DNA of 52,691 nt from an uncultured Gammaproteobacteria bacterium (GCA_964522515.1 CAZFWC010000003.1:1-52691), one strand, 5' to 3'. Positions 1 to 8,061 are shown, numbered from the stretch's first letter. Translations and numbers: made by a program. Notes: generated from the letters alone by a model not told the origin.

Positions 1-33
1 CCTGTCATTGGAGCCAAAGCCAAAATTGGCTTT

Positions 34-1089
34 TTAATTTTTGACCAAATGTTTTGCATATTTTTTGATAGCTAATTCTATTTGCATATCCAAAAATTCA
101 TTAAAACTAATTCCAATTGCTTTTACTTCTTTTGGGCACAAACTTACTTCTGTTAAACCAGGAATTGTATTAATTTCTAAAAAATAAAATTTATTATTTT
201 TTAAAATAAAATCTGAACGAGTTAAACCATCACATCCTAAAAGGTTGTGAATTTTTTTAGATAAATTTTGGATTTTTTGTGTTATATTTTTAGAAATTTT
301 TGCTGGACAAATTTCTTTAGTTTGTTTTGAAAAATATTTAGAGTCGTAATCAAAAAATTCATTTCCAGGAATAATTTCAACTGGTGGCAGAGCTTCAAGT
401 TTTGTTTGCTTTGAATTTCCTAAAACACCGCAAGTCATTTCTCTTCCTTTAATAAATTCTTCAATTAAAATTGAATTGTCTTCTTTAAATGCTTTTTGGA
501 TTGCTTTTTTTAAGTTTGAAAAAGAATTTACAATTGTAATTCCAATACTTGAACCTGATTCATTTGGTTTTATAACGCAAGGATATTTTATTTTTTGTAA
601 AATTAATTTATCAACTTCTTCTAAATTAATATTTTTATTGTTAAGTGATAAAAAATTTGGAGTTGTAATATTTTGTTGAGTTAAAAATTCAAAAGTTTTA
701 ATTTTATTCATTGCTAAAGCGCTAGCTAAAACACCAGAACCAGTATAAGGAATTTTTAAAATATCCAAAATTGATTGGATTCTTCCGTCTTCGCCAAATT
801 TACCGTGTAAAGCTAGAAATATTACATCAAATTCTTTTAAATCATTTTTAACAATTCCTTGATCTTGATGCATTATTGTTAATGATTTATTTAATGATTT
901 TTTAGAATTTAATTTTAAATTATTTTCTTTTATTACCCAACTACCATTTTTTGCAATTTCAACTAAAGATTTGTTGTATTTTTTATTTGATAAATTATTA
1001 AAAACTTGGCGTCCTGATTTAATGGATACTTCTCTTTCATTTGACAATCCACCACAAACAACAGCAATATTTATTTTTTTATTATGCAT
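34..1089 (-). CDS. ddl: D-alanine--D-alanine ligase
   Basis: 351-aa ORF with ATP-grasp Ddl hallmarks: IAVVCGGLSNEREVSIKSG near the N-terminus, LHGKFGEDG, and C-terminal FLEINTIPGLT. Confidence 0.9.
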   Translation of the reverse strand: MHNKKINIAVVCGGLSNEREVSIKSGRQVFNNLSNKKYNKSLVEIAKNGSWVIKENNLKLNSKKSLNKSLTIMHQDQGIVKNDLKEFDVIFLALHGKFGEDGRIQSILDILKIPYTGSGVLASALAMNKIKTFEFLTQQNITTPNFLSLNNKNINLEEVDKLILQKIKYPCVIKPNESGSSIGITIVNSFSNLKKAIQKAFKEDNSILIEEFIKGREMTCGVLGNSKQTKLEALPPVEIIPGNEFFDYDSKYFSKQTKEICPAKISKNITQKIQNLSKKIHNLLGCDGLTRSDFILKNNKFYFLEINTIPGLTEVSLCPKEVKAIGISFNEFLDMQIELAIKKYAKHLVKN

Positions 1090-1124
1090 AATTTTAGATG
1101 ATTAATTTTTTTAACAGTGATTTT

Positions 1125-1153
1125 ATTGTAGGATATTTTTGTTTTTAAATCAA
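1125..1153 (-). promoter_or_regulatory. candidate sigma70-type promoter for ddl
   Basis: Minus strand reads TTGATT-17 nt-TACAAT, about 35 nt upstream of the ATG at 1089. Confidence 0.45.
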
Positions 1154-1162
1154 TAAATATAA

Positions 1163-1191
1163 AAAGGGTGAACAAATTTCATTCACCCTTT
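1163..1191 (-). terminator. intrinsic terminator after cysS
   Basis: AAAGGGTGAA-loop-TTCACCCTTT, flanked by T/A runs on both strands. Confidence 0.6.
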
Positions 1192-1256
1192 ATTTTTTTA
1201 ATTACGATTTACTTATGGCTCAATTGTGAAAAAAGTTGTCAATAGACACATTTTTT

Positions 1257-2705
1257 TTATTTTTTTAACGAAATTTTACTTTCATCTCCTAAATCTTCAA
1301 CAACAAATCCCAAATTTTTAATCTGACCTCTTAATTGGTCAGCAAGCCCGTAGTCTTTACTGGAGCGGGCTTTTTTTCTTTGCTTAATTAATTTTTGAAT
1401 TTCATCTGGAATTTTAATTTTCTCTCCCGAGTACTTGGGATTAATTTTATTTAAATTTAAACCAAAAATTTTATCAAAATCTAAAATTAATTCTTTTTTT
1501 GTTTTGTAATCTAATTTATTTGATTTAACAATTTCCCAAGTTAAAGCAAGAGCTTGAGGGATATTGAAATTATCAGAAATAAATTGAACAAATTTTTTCT
1601 GGAATTCTTTTTTAGTATTTTTTAAATTAGTTTTAGATTCTTTCCCGAGCATTCGGGACTCAGGACAGGCTAGAAAATTATATAATTTATCTAATCCATT
1701 TTGTGAAGCTTTTAACGCTTCCCAAGTAAAATTTTGTTTTGATTTGTAATGCGCGTTTAAGAAAAAATATCGCAAAGCAAGAGGATTAAAACCTTTGTCA
1801 ATTATTTCTTGTACAGAAAAAGCAGTTCCTTCTGACTTGCTCATTTTTTTATTATCAACCAGCAAATGTTCATTGTGAATCCAATGATTTACAAACTTAA
1901 CTCCATTTGCAGATTCGCTTTGCGCAATTTCATTTGTGTGGTGAATTGAAATGTGTTCAACTCCTCCCATATGAATATCAATTGTTTTTCCTAAAAATTT
2001 ATTAGCCATCACAGAACATTCAATGTGCCAGCCAGGAAAACCTTTTCCATTTTCAACTAATTTTGATTTAAATGGCGAGTTCCAAAATTGTAAAGCATTT
2101 TTGTGTTTTCCAGCTTTAAAAAACCAAAGCGCAAAATCAACTGGATTTTTTTTATTTTTATCTTCAACTTCTGCTTTACCTGCGCCTTGCATTTTATCTT
2201 GTAATTTTTGTCCAGAAAGTTCTCCGTATTTTGTAAATTTTGAAACATCAAAATAAATCGCCAAATCAGTTGTGTAAGCAAAATTTTTATCTAATAAAGT
2301 CTGCGTCATTTTAATAATTTCTGAAATCATTTCAGTTGCTCGCGGTTTAACATCAGCGTCGGGCACATTTAACAGATGAATATCTTTTTCAAATATTTTA
2401 ATATATTTTTCTGCAATTTCAAGAGGATTTAAATTTTCTCTTTTGGAAGCTTTTTCAATTTTATCTTCACCTTCATCAGAATCAGAAGTTAAATGCCCTA
2501 CATCAGTGTAATTTCTAACTAATTTAATTTTGTAATTTAAATATTTAAAACTGCGAACAATTAAATCAGCCAGCACCATTGCCCGCATATTTCCAATGTG
2601 TTGTGTCCAATAAACTGTTGGTCCACAATGATACATTAAAACTTTACCATTTTTAATTGGCTTAAATTTTTGTTTTGATTTTGTTAGTGTGTTGTAGATT
2701 TTCAT
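1257..2705 (-). CDS. cysS: cysteine--tRNA ligase
   Basis: 482 aa. Class I aaRS motifs: CGPTVY..HIGNMRA (HIGH-like), WHIECS, KMSKSEG (KMSKS). Carries a degenerate GC-rich repeat fragment at 1643-1669. Confidence 0.92.
   Translation of the reverse strand: MKIYNTLTKSKQKFKPIKNGKVLMYHCGPTVYWTQHIGNMRAMVLADLIVRSFKYLNYKIKLVRNYTDVGHLTSDSDEGEDKIEKASKRENLNPLEIAEKYIKIFEKDIHLLNVPDADVKPRATEMISEIIKMTQTLLDKNFAYTTDLAIYFDVSKFTKYGELSGQKLQDKMQGAGKAEVEDKNKKNPVDFALWFFKAGKHKNALQFWNSPFKSKLVENGKGFPGWHIECSVMANKFLGKTIDIHMGGVEHISIHHTNEIAQSESANGVKFVNHWIHNEHLLVDNKKMSKSEGTAFSVQEIIDKGFNPLALRYFFLNAHYKSKQNFTWEALKASQNGLDKLYNFLACPESRMLGKESKTNLKNTKKEFQKKFVQFISDNFNIPQALALTWEIVKSNKLDYKTKKELILDFDKIFGLNLNKINPKYSGEKIKIPDEIQKLIKQRKKARSSKDYGLADQLRGQIKNLGFVVEDLGDESKISLKK
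1643..1669 (-). repeat. Degenerate CCCGAG..CTCGGG/ACAGG fragment inside the cysS CDS
   Basis: The plus strand reads TCCCGAGCATTCGGGACTCAGGACAGG. It is GC-rich in an AT-rich gene and is translated as CPESRMLGK. Confidence 0.55.
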
Positions 2706-2711
2706 AAATTA

Positions 2712-2720
2712 ATATTCGCA
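2712..2720 (-). promoter_or_regulatory. extended -10 (TGcGAATAT) 6 nt before the cysS ATG (leaderless arrangement)
   Basis: Minus strand reads TGCGAATAT-TAATTT-ATG. Confidence 0.4.
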
Positions 2721-2753
2721 AAATTAGTTTTAATTAGCATTATTCGCAATTTA

Positions 2754-3683
2754 TTACATCCATTTTTTCTTTTTAAAATAAATTAACATTCCAAAAGCGC
2801 CTACAAACATAATTGCAACAACAAACCAAAAATCATAAACTGAATTAATAAATGGCATTGAATTCATTGTGTTCATTCCAAAAATCGCAGCCATTAAAGT
2901 TAAAGGAAAAACAATCACAGAAAAAATAGTTAAAGTTTTAATAATTTCATTTAACCGATGAGAAAGCAAAGATTCGTGCGCTTCGTGTAAAGCATTAATT
3001 GTCTCTTTGTAATTTTCCAAAAATTCCCAAATGTCTTTTGTGTGATTAATTAAATGTTCAAGATAAATATTTAAATGAGTTGATGAATAAATTATTCCAG
3101 AGTTTTTAATTAATTTTTTAATAATACTTCTGTGCGCTTGCATTATTTTTCTAAAGTTTACAATATTTTTTTTAATGCGCATTATTTCTAAAATAATGTC
3201 TGCTTTGTTTTTTTGAACATTTAAAATTTTATCTTCAATATTATCAAGATCTTGATTAATGTGATTTAAAATTGGGAAACAATAATGCAAAAGTTGATTT
3301 AAAATTTCGTATAAAAGTTTTGAGCTGTCTGATAAAAATTTTGCTTTAGTTTGTTCATTTTTTACGCACTGATTTTGTAAATTTAAAATTGGTTCAAGAT
3401 GATTATTGTGAACTAAAACTATTTTATTTTTAGCAATAAAAAAATCAACTTCAGATGATTTTATTTCTTGAGTTTTTTTATCATAATAAGGAAACATTAA
3501 AATCATAAATAAATAATTTTTTTTCACTGTGACTTTTGGTCTTTGATTTGGTGGCAGACAATCTTGTAAATCTTTTTTATCAAAATCAAAATTTTCACCA
3601 ATCCAACCAATTTGTTTTTTTGTTGGTTTATCAATAATGTGCCAAGTTAAATTTTGGTGACTTATTTTTTGGATGTGATTCAT
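2754..3683 (-). CDS. corA: CorA-family magnesium/cobalt transporter
   Basis: 309 aa. Two C-terminal TM helices with the GMN signature (FGMNTMN) after a long soluble N-terminal domain. Confidence 0.85.
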   Translation of the reverse strand: MNHIQKISHQNLTWHIIDKPTKKQIGWIGENFDFDKKDLQDCLPPNQRPKVTVKKNYLFMILMFPYYDKKTQEIKSSEVDFFIAKNKIVLVHNNHLEPILNLQNQCVKNEQTKAKFLSDSSKLLYEILNQLLHYCFPILNHINQDLDNIEDKILNVQKNKADIILEIMRIKKNIVNFRKIMQAHRSIIKKLIKNSGIIYSSTHLNIYLEHLINHTKDIWEFLENYKETINALHEAHESLLSHRLNEIIKTLTIFSVIVFPLTLMAAIFGMNTMNSMPFINSVYDFWFVVAIMFVGAFGMLIYFKKKKWM

Positions 3684-3689
3684 AAAATA

Positions 3690-3698
3690 ATTATATCA
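3690..3698 (-). promoter_or_regulatory. extended -10 (TGaTATAAT) 6 nt before the corA ATG (leaderless arrangement)
   Basis: Minus strand reads TGATATAAT-TATTTT-ATG. Confidence 0.5.
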
Positions 3699-3713
3699 TA
3701 TTTTTTTTAAATG

Positions 3714-3722
3714 TGCTAAAAT
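3714..3722 (+). promoter_or_regulatory. extended -10 (TGcTAAAAT) 6 nt before the GTG at 3729
   Basis: TGCTAAAAT-AAAACT-GTG. Divergent from the corA promoter within a 45-bp spacer. Confidence 0.4.
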
Positions 3723-3728
3723 AAAACT

Positions 3729-4208
3729 GTGGAAAATCCAAACAGTTTAGAAAAGCAATCTGAAAAAATTTTAAAACCAGAACAAAGATCTGGAGATTTT
3801 GAATTTCAAGAAAAAGATTTTGAAAGTTTAGAAATTGAAAAAGGGAAAAGTGAAAAAGAAAAAATATCAGAAGGAACAGTTCCTAAATCAACTGATCAAG
3901 CAACAGTTGGAGCTCCAGGAATTGATACAAAAGATTCTTCTTTGCATCAAAGCATTGAATCAATTTTAGAATCTGATTTAGAAGATTTGTATTTTCAAAT
4001 GAATGAAAAAGAACAAAAATTATTTAAAGAAAAAGGCGAACAAACTACAAATAAAATTATAAATTTAATTCAATCAACAAAAGCAACATTTAGTAGAGTT
4101 TTTAAATTAATTAAAAATTGGTTAAAAATAATTCCAGGAGTAAACAAATTTTTTATTGAACAAGATGCAAAGATTAAAGCGGATAAAATTATTAATTTGT
4201 CATCTTAA
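3729..4208 (+). CDS. hypothetical acidic protein (GTG start)
   Basis: 159-aa ORF, E/K/D-rich, with an amphipathic C-terminus. The GTG start lies 6 nt after a TGcTAAAAT extended -10. No family recognised. Confidence 0.5.
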   Translation: MENPNSLEKQSEKILKPEQRSGDFEFQEKDFESLEIEKGKSEKEKISEGTVPKSTDQATVGAPGIDTKDSSLHQSIESILESDLEDLYFQMNEKEQKLFKEKGEQTTNKIINLIQSTKATFSRVFKLIKNWLKIIPGVNKFFIEQDAKIKADKIINLSS

Positions 4209-4210
4209 TT

Positions 4211-4258
4211 GTCATCCCGAGCGACTCTTAGAGTTGTTAGAAGCGATGGGATCCCGTG
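4211..4258 (-). repeat. Family-4 ~48-nt element (CGGGATCCCATC..CTAACAAC..AGTCGCTCGGGATGAC), inverted copy
   Basis: GTCATCCCGAGCGACTCTTAGAGTTGTTAGAAGCGATGGGATCCCGT. It starts 3 nt after the stop of ORF 3729-4208. Confidence 0.85.
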
Positions 4259-4270
4259 GAAAAAGAGAAT

Positions 4271-4303
4271 AAGATTTATGATTTAAGATTTAAGATTTAT
4301 GAA
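4271..4303. repeat. Heptamer microsatellite (A[AT]GATTT)n
   Basis: AAGATTTATGATTTAAGATTTAAGATTTATGAA, intergenic. Confidence 0.8.
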
Positions 4304-4334
4304 TATTTTTTTAAAATTTTTTTAAAATAAAAAA

Positions 4335-4425
4335 TAGCACGCAGATAAACACAGACTAAAGCGCAGATAAACGCTGATAAAAAAATCTGCGAAAATCAGT
4401 TTAATCTGCGTTAATCTGTGTTCTA
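4335..4425. repeat. Family-5 long imperfect palindrome with ~10-11-nt phased words
   Basis: TAGCACGCAGATAAACACAGACTAAAGCGCAGATAAACGCTGATAAAAAAATCTGCGAAAATCAGTTTAATCTGCGTTAATCTGTGTTCTA. The arms are AGCACGCAGATAAACACAG / CTGCGTTAATCTGTGTTCT. Confidence 0.8.
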
Positions 4426-4440
4426 TTAAAAAATTTTTTA

Positions 4441-4482
4441 AAAATAAAATAAAAAGGTGGGCTGAATAATCAACTCACCTTT
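4441..4482 (-). terminator. intrinsic terminator after gene 4501-4845
   Basis: Minus strand reads AAAGGTGAG-loop-CCCACCTTT followed by TTATTTTATTTT. Confidence 0.6.
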
Positions 4483-4500
4483 AAGTGGATGTGAAAAAAA

Positions 4501-4845
4501 TTAAACATAAAGTCCTGCTTTTCGTGCAATTTCTTTATCTTCAACTGCAGGCCAAATTGCAACATTATTTGATAAAGAATTTTTCCAAACATCTGTTGCT
4601 TTTCTAAACATTACTCTGATTTTTTTCTGCTCGCGTAATTTTTTGTATTCCTGATGTAACTTATCATTTTTAGTTACATTTGTTGCAAAATAGTATTTTA
4701 CGCCTTTAATTGTTTGAGGTTTGGGCCAACTGTATTTACCGCATTTTGGACATCCTTCTTCAGTGCCGTTGTCCCAACATTCTACACAAAGATCATTCCA
4801 ATAATTATCATAATATTCATCTTCTTCATAATGTTCATTTTCCAT
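4501..4845 (-). CDS. hypothetical protein with CxxC-x9-CxxC zinc-knuckle
   Basis: 114 aa. CVECWDNGTEEGCPKCGK motif followed by a basic C-terminal half. AAGGAG RBS 6 nt upstream, TTGACA-17-TACACT promoter, and a downstream terminator. Confidence 0.7.
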   Translation of the reverse strand: MENEHYEEDEYYDNYWNDLCVECWDNGTEEGCPKCGKYSWPKPQTIKGVKYYFATNVTKNDKLHQEYKKLREQKKIRVMFRKATDVWKNSLSNNVAIWPAVEDKEIARKAGLYV

Positions 4846-4902
4846 TATTTGTCTCCTTAATTTGATTAATGTAAAAGTAAAAGATTTTTTTGTAATTATT
4901 TT

Positions 4903-4931
4903 AGTGTATCAAATTAAATTATTTTTGTCAA
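4903..4931 (-). promoter_or_regulatory. candidate promoter for gene 4501-4845
   Basis: Minus strand reads TTGACA-17 nt-TACACT. An AAGGAG RBS follows. Confidence 0.55.
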
Positions 4932-4992
4932 GCTCAAAACTGTGGAAAACTTTAAAAAATAAATTATTTTACCTAAAATTAGCCAAATATTT

Positions 4993-7572
4993 ATGAATAA
5001 TTATTATTCTGAACCAAGTTTTTTAGAAACAATATTTTCAAACCCAATTATTGTAGTTGGTTTGTTTTTGTTGCTAATAATTATCGCAATTTTTATTGCT
5101 TTAAATATTTGGAAATATTTTGCGCGAAAAGGATTTAATTTACCCACAGAATTTAGAAAAATAATTTTAATGGTTTCAGTTCCAAAAGAATCAACAGCTG
5201 AAAAAACAGAAAATGAAGAAGGAGTAAAAGCAAGTAAAATTCAAGAACAAATTTCCTGGGCAGAAAATTTGTGGTCAAGTTTAGGTGGATTAAAAGAATC
5301 AAAAAGTTTTAAAACTTGGCTTTATGGAAGATTTGATGAATTGTCTTTAGAAATTGTAGCGCAAAACAAAATGATTTATTTTTATGTTGTTGTTCCGCAA
5401 TATTTACAACAATTTATTGAACAACAAATTCAAGCTCAGTACCCGCATTCACAAATTGAACAAGTTGAAGATTATAATATTTTTATTCCAAACGGACAAA
5501 CAAGTTCAGCGTATTTAAAATTAACAAAATCAGATGTTTTTCCATTTAAAACTTTTCGCAAAATGGAAGCAGATCCGTTAAACGCTTTAACAAATATTTT
5601 ATCAAAATTAAATGAAAACGAAGGCGCTGTAATTCAATTAATTATTAGACCAGCAAATAAAAATTGGAGCAGTAAAGCAAGAAAAGTTTCTGATCAAGTT
5701 TTGTCTGGAAAAAAAATAAAAGAAGCAGTTGGCGGTTCAGGTGACAAAGCTTGGTACGATAAAATTGCAAAATTAACAATTAAAGGAGTTGGAAGTGTTG
5801 CTTCAACAATTACGACTTCGCCTGAAAATCAAAAACAAGATTTACAAAATCAAAATCAACTTTCTTCAATGGATCAAGAGTCATTAAAATCAATTGAAGA
5901 AAAATCTTCAAAAGCAGTTGCTCAAGTAAATTTGCGAGTTGTTGTTTCATCTGAAAATGAAATTTCAGTTAAAACAAATTTGGAAAATATCTTAAATTCT
6001 TTTTCACAATATAATATTTACGAATACGGAAACAGTTTTAAAGCAGTAAAAATGTCTAAAAATAATAAATTAATAAATTCTTTTATTCACCGTTCATTAA
6101 TTAAAAATCAAAGTTATGTTTTAAACACTGAAGAAATCGCGTCAATTTTTCATTTTCCTTTGCCAAATTGTCCAACGCCAAATATTCATTGGTTAGGGGC
6201 GCGAAAAGCTCCTGCGCCAGTTAATTCGCCTCAAGAAGGTTTAATTTTAGGAAAAAATATTTATCGCGGAAAAGAAACAATTATTAGAATTAAAAAAGAT
6301 GACAGACGAAGACACGCGTATATTGTTGGAATGACAGGAACTGGAAAATCAAAATTAATGGTAAATATGATAATGCAAGATATTCAAAACGGAGAAGGTG
6401 TTTGTTACATTGATCCTCACGGCGAAGAAGTTGAAGATATTGCTTCAGCAATTCCAAAACACAGAATAAAAGATGTGATTTATTTTGATCCAGCAGACAC
6501 TGAAAGACCAATTGGATTAAATATGCTTGAAGCAAAAACAATTGAACAAAAAGATTTTGCCGCGCAAGAAATGATTCAGATTTTTTATAAAATTGTAAGT
6601 GACCCAGCAATGCTTGGTCCAATGTTTGAACATTATATGAGAAACGCGATGTTGCTTTTAATGGCTGACAAAGAAAATCAAGGAACTATTGTTGAAATTC
6701 CAAGAGTTTTTGTTGATGATGATTTTAGAAAAGCAAAATTAGAAAAATGTGATGACATTTTAGTTAAATCATTTTGGGAAAAAGAATACACAGCTTCGCA
6801 AAAAGGTTCAACTGGCGCAGATATGTTGTCGTATGTGATTTCAAAAGTTGGAAGATTTATTGAAAATGAAATGATGCGAAATGTTATTGGACAGCCGTAT
6901 TCTGGTTTTAATATTCGCGAAATAATGGATAATAAAAAAATTCTTTTAGTAAATTTATCAAAAGGAAAAGTTGGGGAAGTAAATAGTAATTTGTTGGGTT
7001 TAATTTTAGTTTCAAAACTTCAAATGGCTGCAATGGGTCGCGCAGATATTCCTCAAGAACAGCGACACGATTTTTATTTATATATTGATGAATTTCAAAA
7101 TTATGTTACAGATTCAATCGCTGTGATTTTAGCAGAAGCTAGAAAATATCGGTTAAATTTAAATATGGCTCATCAATATATTAGTCAGTTAGTTAAAAAT
7201 AATGACGCGTCAGTTAAGGAAGCGGTTTTTGGAAATGTTGGCACAATGATTTCGTTTCGTGTTGGTGTTGAAGATACTGAAGTTTTAACAAAACAATTTG
7301 CGCCGGTTTTTAATGAATTTGATTTAATGAATATTGAAAAATATAATGCTTACACTCGTTTGTTGGTGAACAACGAGCCGGTGCGTCCGTTTAATATGCA
7401 AGCGTTTCCACCAGTTCAGGGTGATTTAAAAACAGCAGAAATTATTAAAAATTATTCTCGTCAAAAATATGGAAGGCCAAAAGATGTTGTTGAACAAGAA
7501 ATTTTAGAAAGATCTAAACTCGGTCAACAAAGTGAAAATGTTGAAACAAAAGATAAAATGGATTTGAGATAG
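4993..7572 (+). CDS. membrane-anchored TraD/VirD4-like (FtsK/HerA-superfamily) P-loop ATPase, fused form
   Basis: 859 aa. N-terminal TM helix (IIVVGLFLLLIIIAIFIALNIW), then a ~350-aa domain homologous to ORF 27948-29384. Walker A is GMTGTGKS (nt 6328-6351), followed by DPHGEE. Walker B-like is FYLYIDEFQN. ARKYRLNLNMAHQYISQL resembles type IV coupling proteins. Confidence 0.75.
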   Translation: MNNYYSEPSFLETIFSNPIIVVGLFLLLIIIAIFIALNIWKYFARKGFNLPTEFRKIILMVSVPKESTAEKTENEEGVKASKIQEQISWAENLWSSLGGLKESKSFKTWLYGRFDELSLEIVAQNKMIYFYVVVPQYLQQFIEQQIQAQYPHSQIEQVEDYNIFIPNGQTSSAYLKLTKSDVFPFKTFRKMEADPLNALTNILSKLNENEGAVIQLIIRPANKNWSSKARKVSDQVLSGKKIKEAVGGSGDKAWYDKIAKLTIKGVGSVASTITTSPENQKQDLQNQNQLSSMDQESLKSIEEKSSKAVAQVNLRVVVSSENEISVKTNLENILNSFSQYNIYEYGNSFKAVKMSKNNKLINSFIHRSLIKNQSYVLNTEEIASIFHFPLPNCPTPNIHWLGARKAPAPVNSPQEGLILGKNIYRGKETIIRIKKDDRRRHAYIVGMTGTGKSKLMVNMIMQDIQNGEGVCYIDPHGEEVEDIASAIPKHRIKDVIYFDPADTERPIGLNMLEAKTIEQKDFAAQEMIQIFYKIVSDPAMLGPMFEHYMRNAMLLLMADKENQGTIVEIPRVFVDDDFRKAKLEKCDDILVKSFWEKEYTASQKGSTGADMLSYVISKVGRFIENEMMRNVIGQPYSGFNIREIMDNKKILLVNLSKGKVGEVNSNLLGLILVSKLQMAAMGRADIPQEQRHDFYLYIDEFQNYVTDSIAVILAEARKYRLNLNMAHQYISQLVKNNDASVKEAVFGNVGTMISFRVGVEDTEVLTKQFAPVFNEFDLMNIEKYNAYTRLLVNNEPVRPFNMQAFPPVQGDLKTAEIIKNYSRQKYGRPKDVVEQEILERSKLGQQSENVETKDKMDLR

Positions 7573-7637
7573 ATTAATATAGCAGTTATAATCGGGTCAT
7601 CTTGACTTAATTTTAAGATAATGATAGTATATATATG

Positions 7638-7680
7638 AAGAGGAAAACAACCGTTAAATAGCGGTTTTTCTCTTTTTTTT
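7638..7680 (+). terminator. intrinsic terminator after the 859-aa ATPase gene
   Basis: AGAGGAAAACAACCG-TTAAATA-GCGGTTTTTCTCT followed by T8. Confidence 0.6.
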
Positions 7681-7745
7681 AAAAAAAGGTCGTGTTCTTT
7701 TATAATTAATAAAATGACAAGATGTGTCATTAATAAGAGATTTTT

Positions 7746-8012
7746 ATGATACTCTTTTTTATTGGCATTCTTGAAATGCTTATCGTAACAGCTTGGACAA
7801 AGACAGTTACTAAAACCAGAATTTTTACTAGTGGAGCAATTACTTTGCTTAATGTAGTTATCTGGTATTATGTTCTGCAAACTATTGTTGATAACATTAG
7901 TAATTGGAAATTGGTTGTATTATATGCTTTTGGTTGTGCCATTGGCACAATTCTAACTACTTCTTTTTATAAATTTAGAGAAGGGAAAAAGCATGAATTA
8001 TCCAAGCTTTAA
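7746..8012 (+). CDS. small membrane protein, DUF5698/UPF0316 N-terminal-domain-like
   Basis: 88 aa with three predicted TM segments. The pattern resembles the membrane half of UPF0316 proteins, judged from memory only. Followed by a hairpin plus T-run. Confidence 0.5.
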   Translation: MILFFIGILEMLIVTAWTKTVTKTRIFTSGAITLLNVVIWYYVLQTIVDNISNWKLVVLYAFGCAIGTILTTSFYKFREGKKHELSKL

Positions 8013-8061
8013 AACCTCTATGTTTATTTTACACGAGGATGAGCCGTTTCCGGATAATTAG

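Noticed and set aside
3726-3734. DnaA-box-like 9-mers: TGTGGAAAA at 3726-3734 and 4938-4946, and TGTGGATAA at 10428-10436. These raised the possibility of a replication origin near dnaB.
   Set aside because: There are only three boxes and they are widely separated. No AT-rich unwinding cluster lies next to a box array. dnaA and dnaN are not present, and dnaB is not an origin marker.
7610-7640. A TTGACT-17-TAGTAT promoter-like sequence immediately upstream of the 7638-7680 terminator hairpin, considered as a possible tiny sRNA or attenuator.
   Set aside because: The predicted transcript would be only ~40 nt. The hairpin is adequately explained as the terminator of the 859-aa gene, so the promoter match may be fortuitous in AT-rich DNA.
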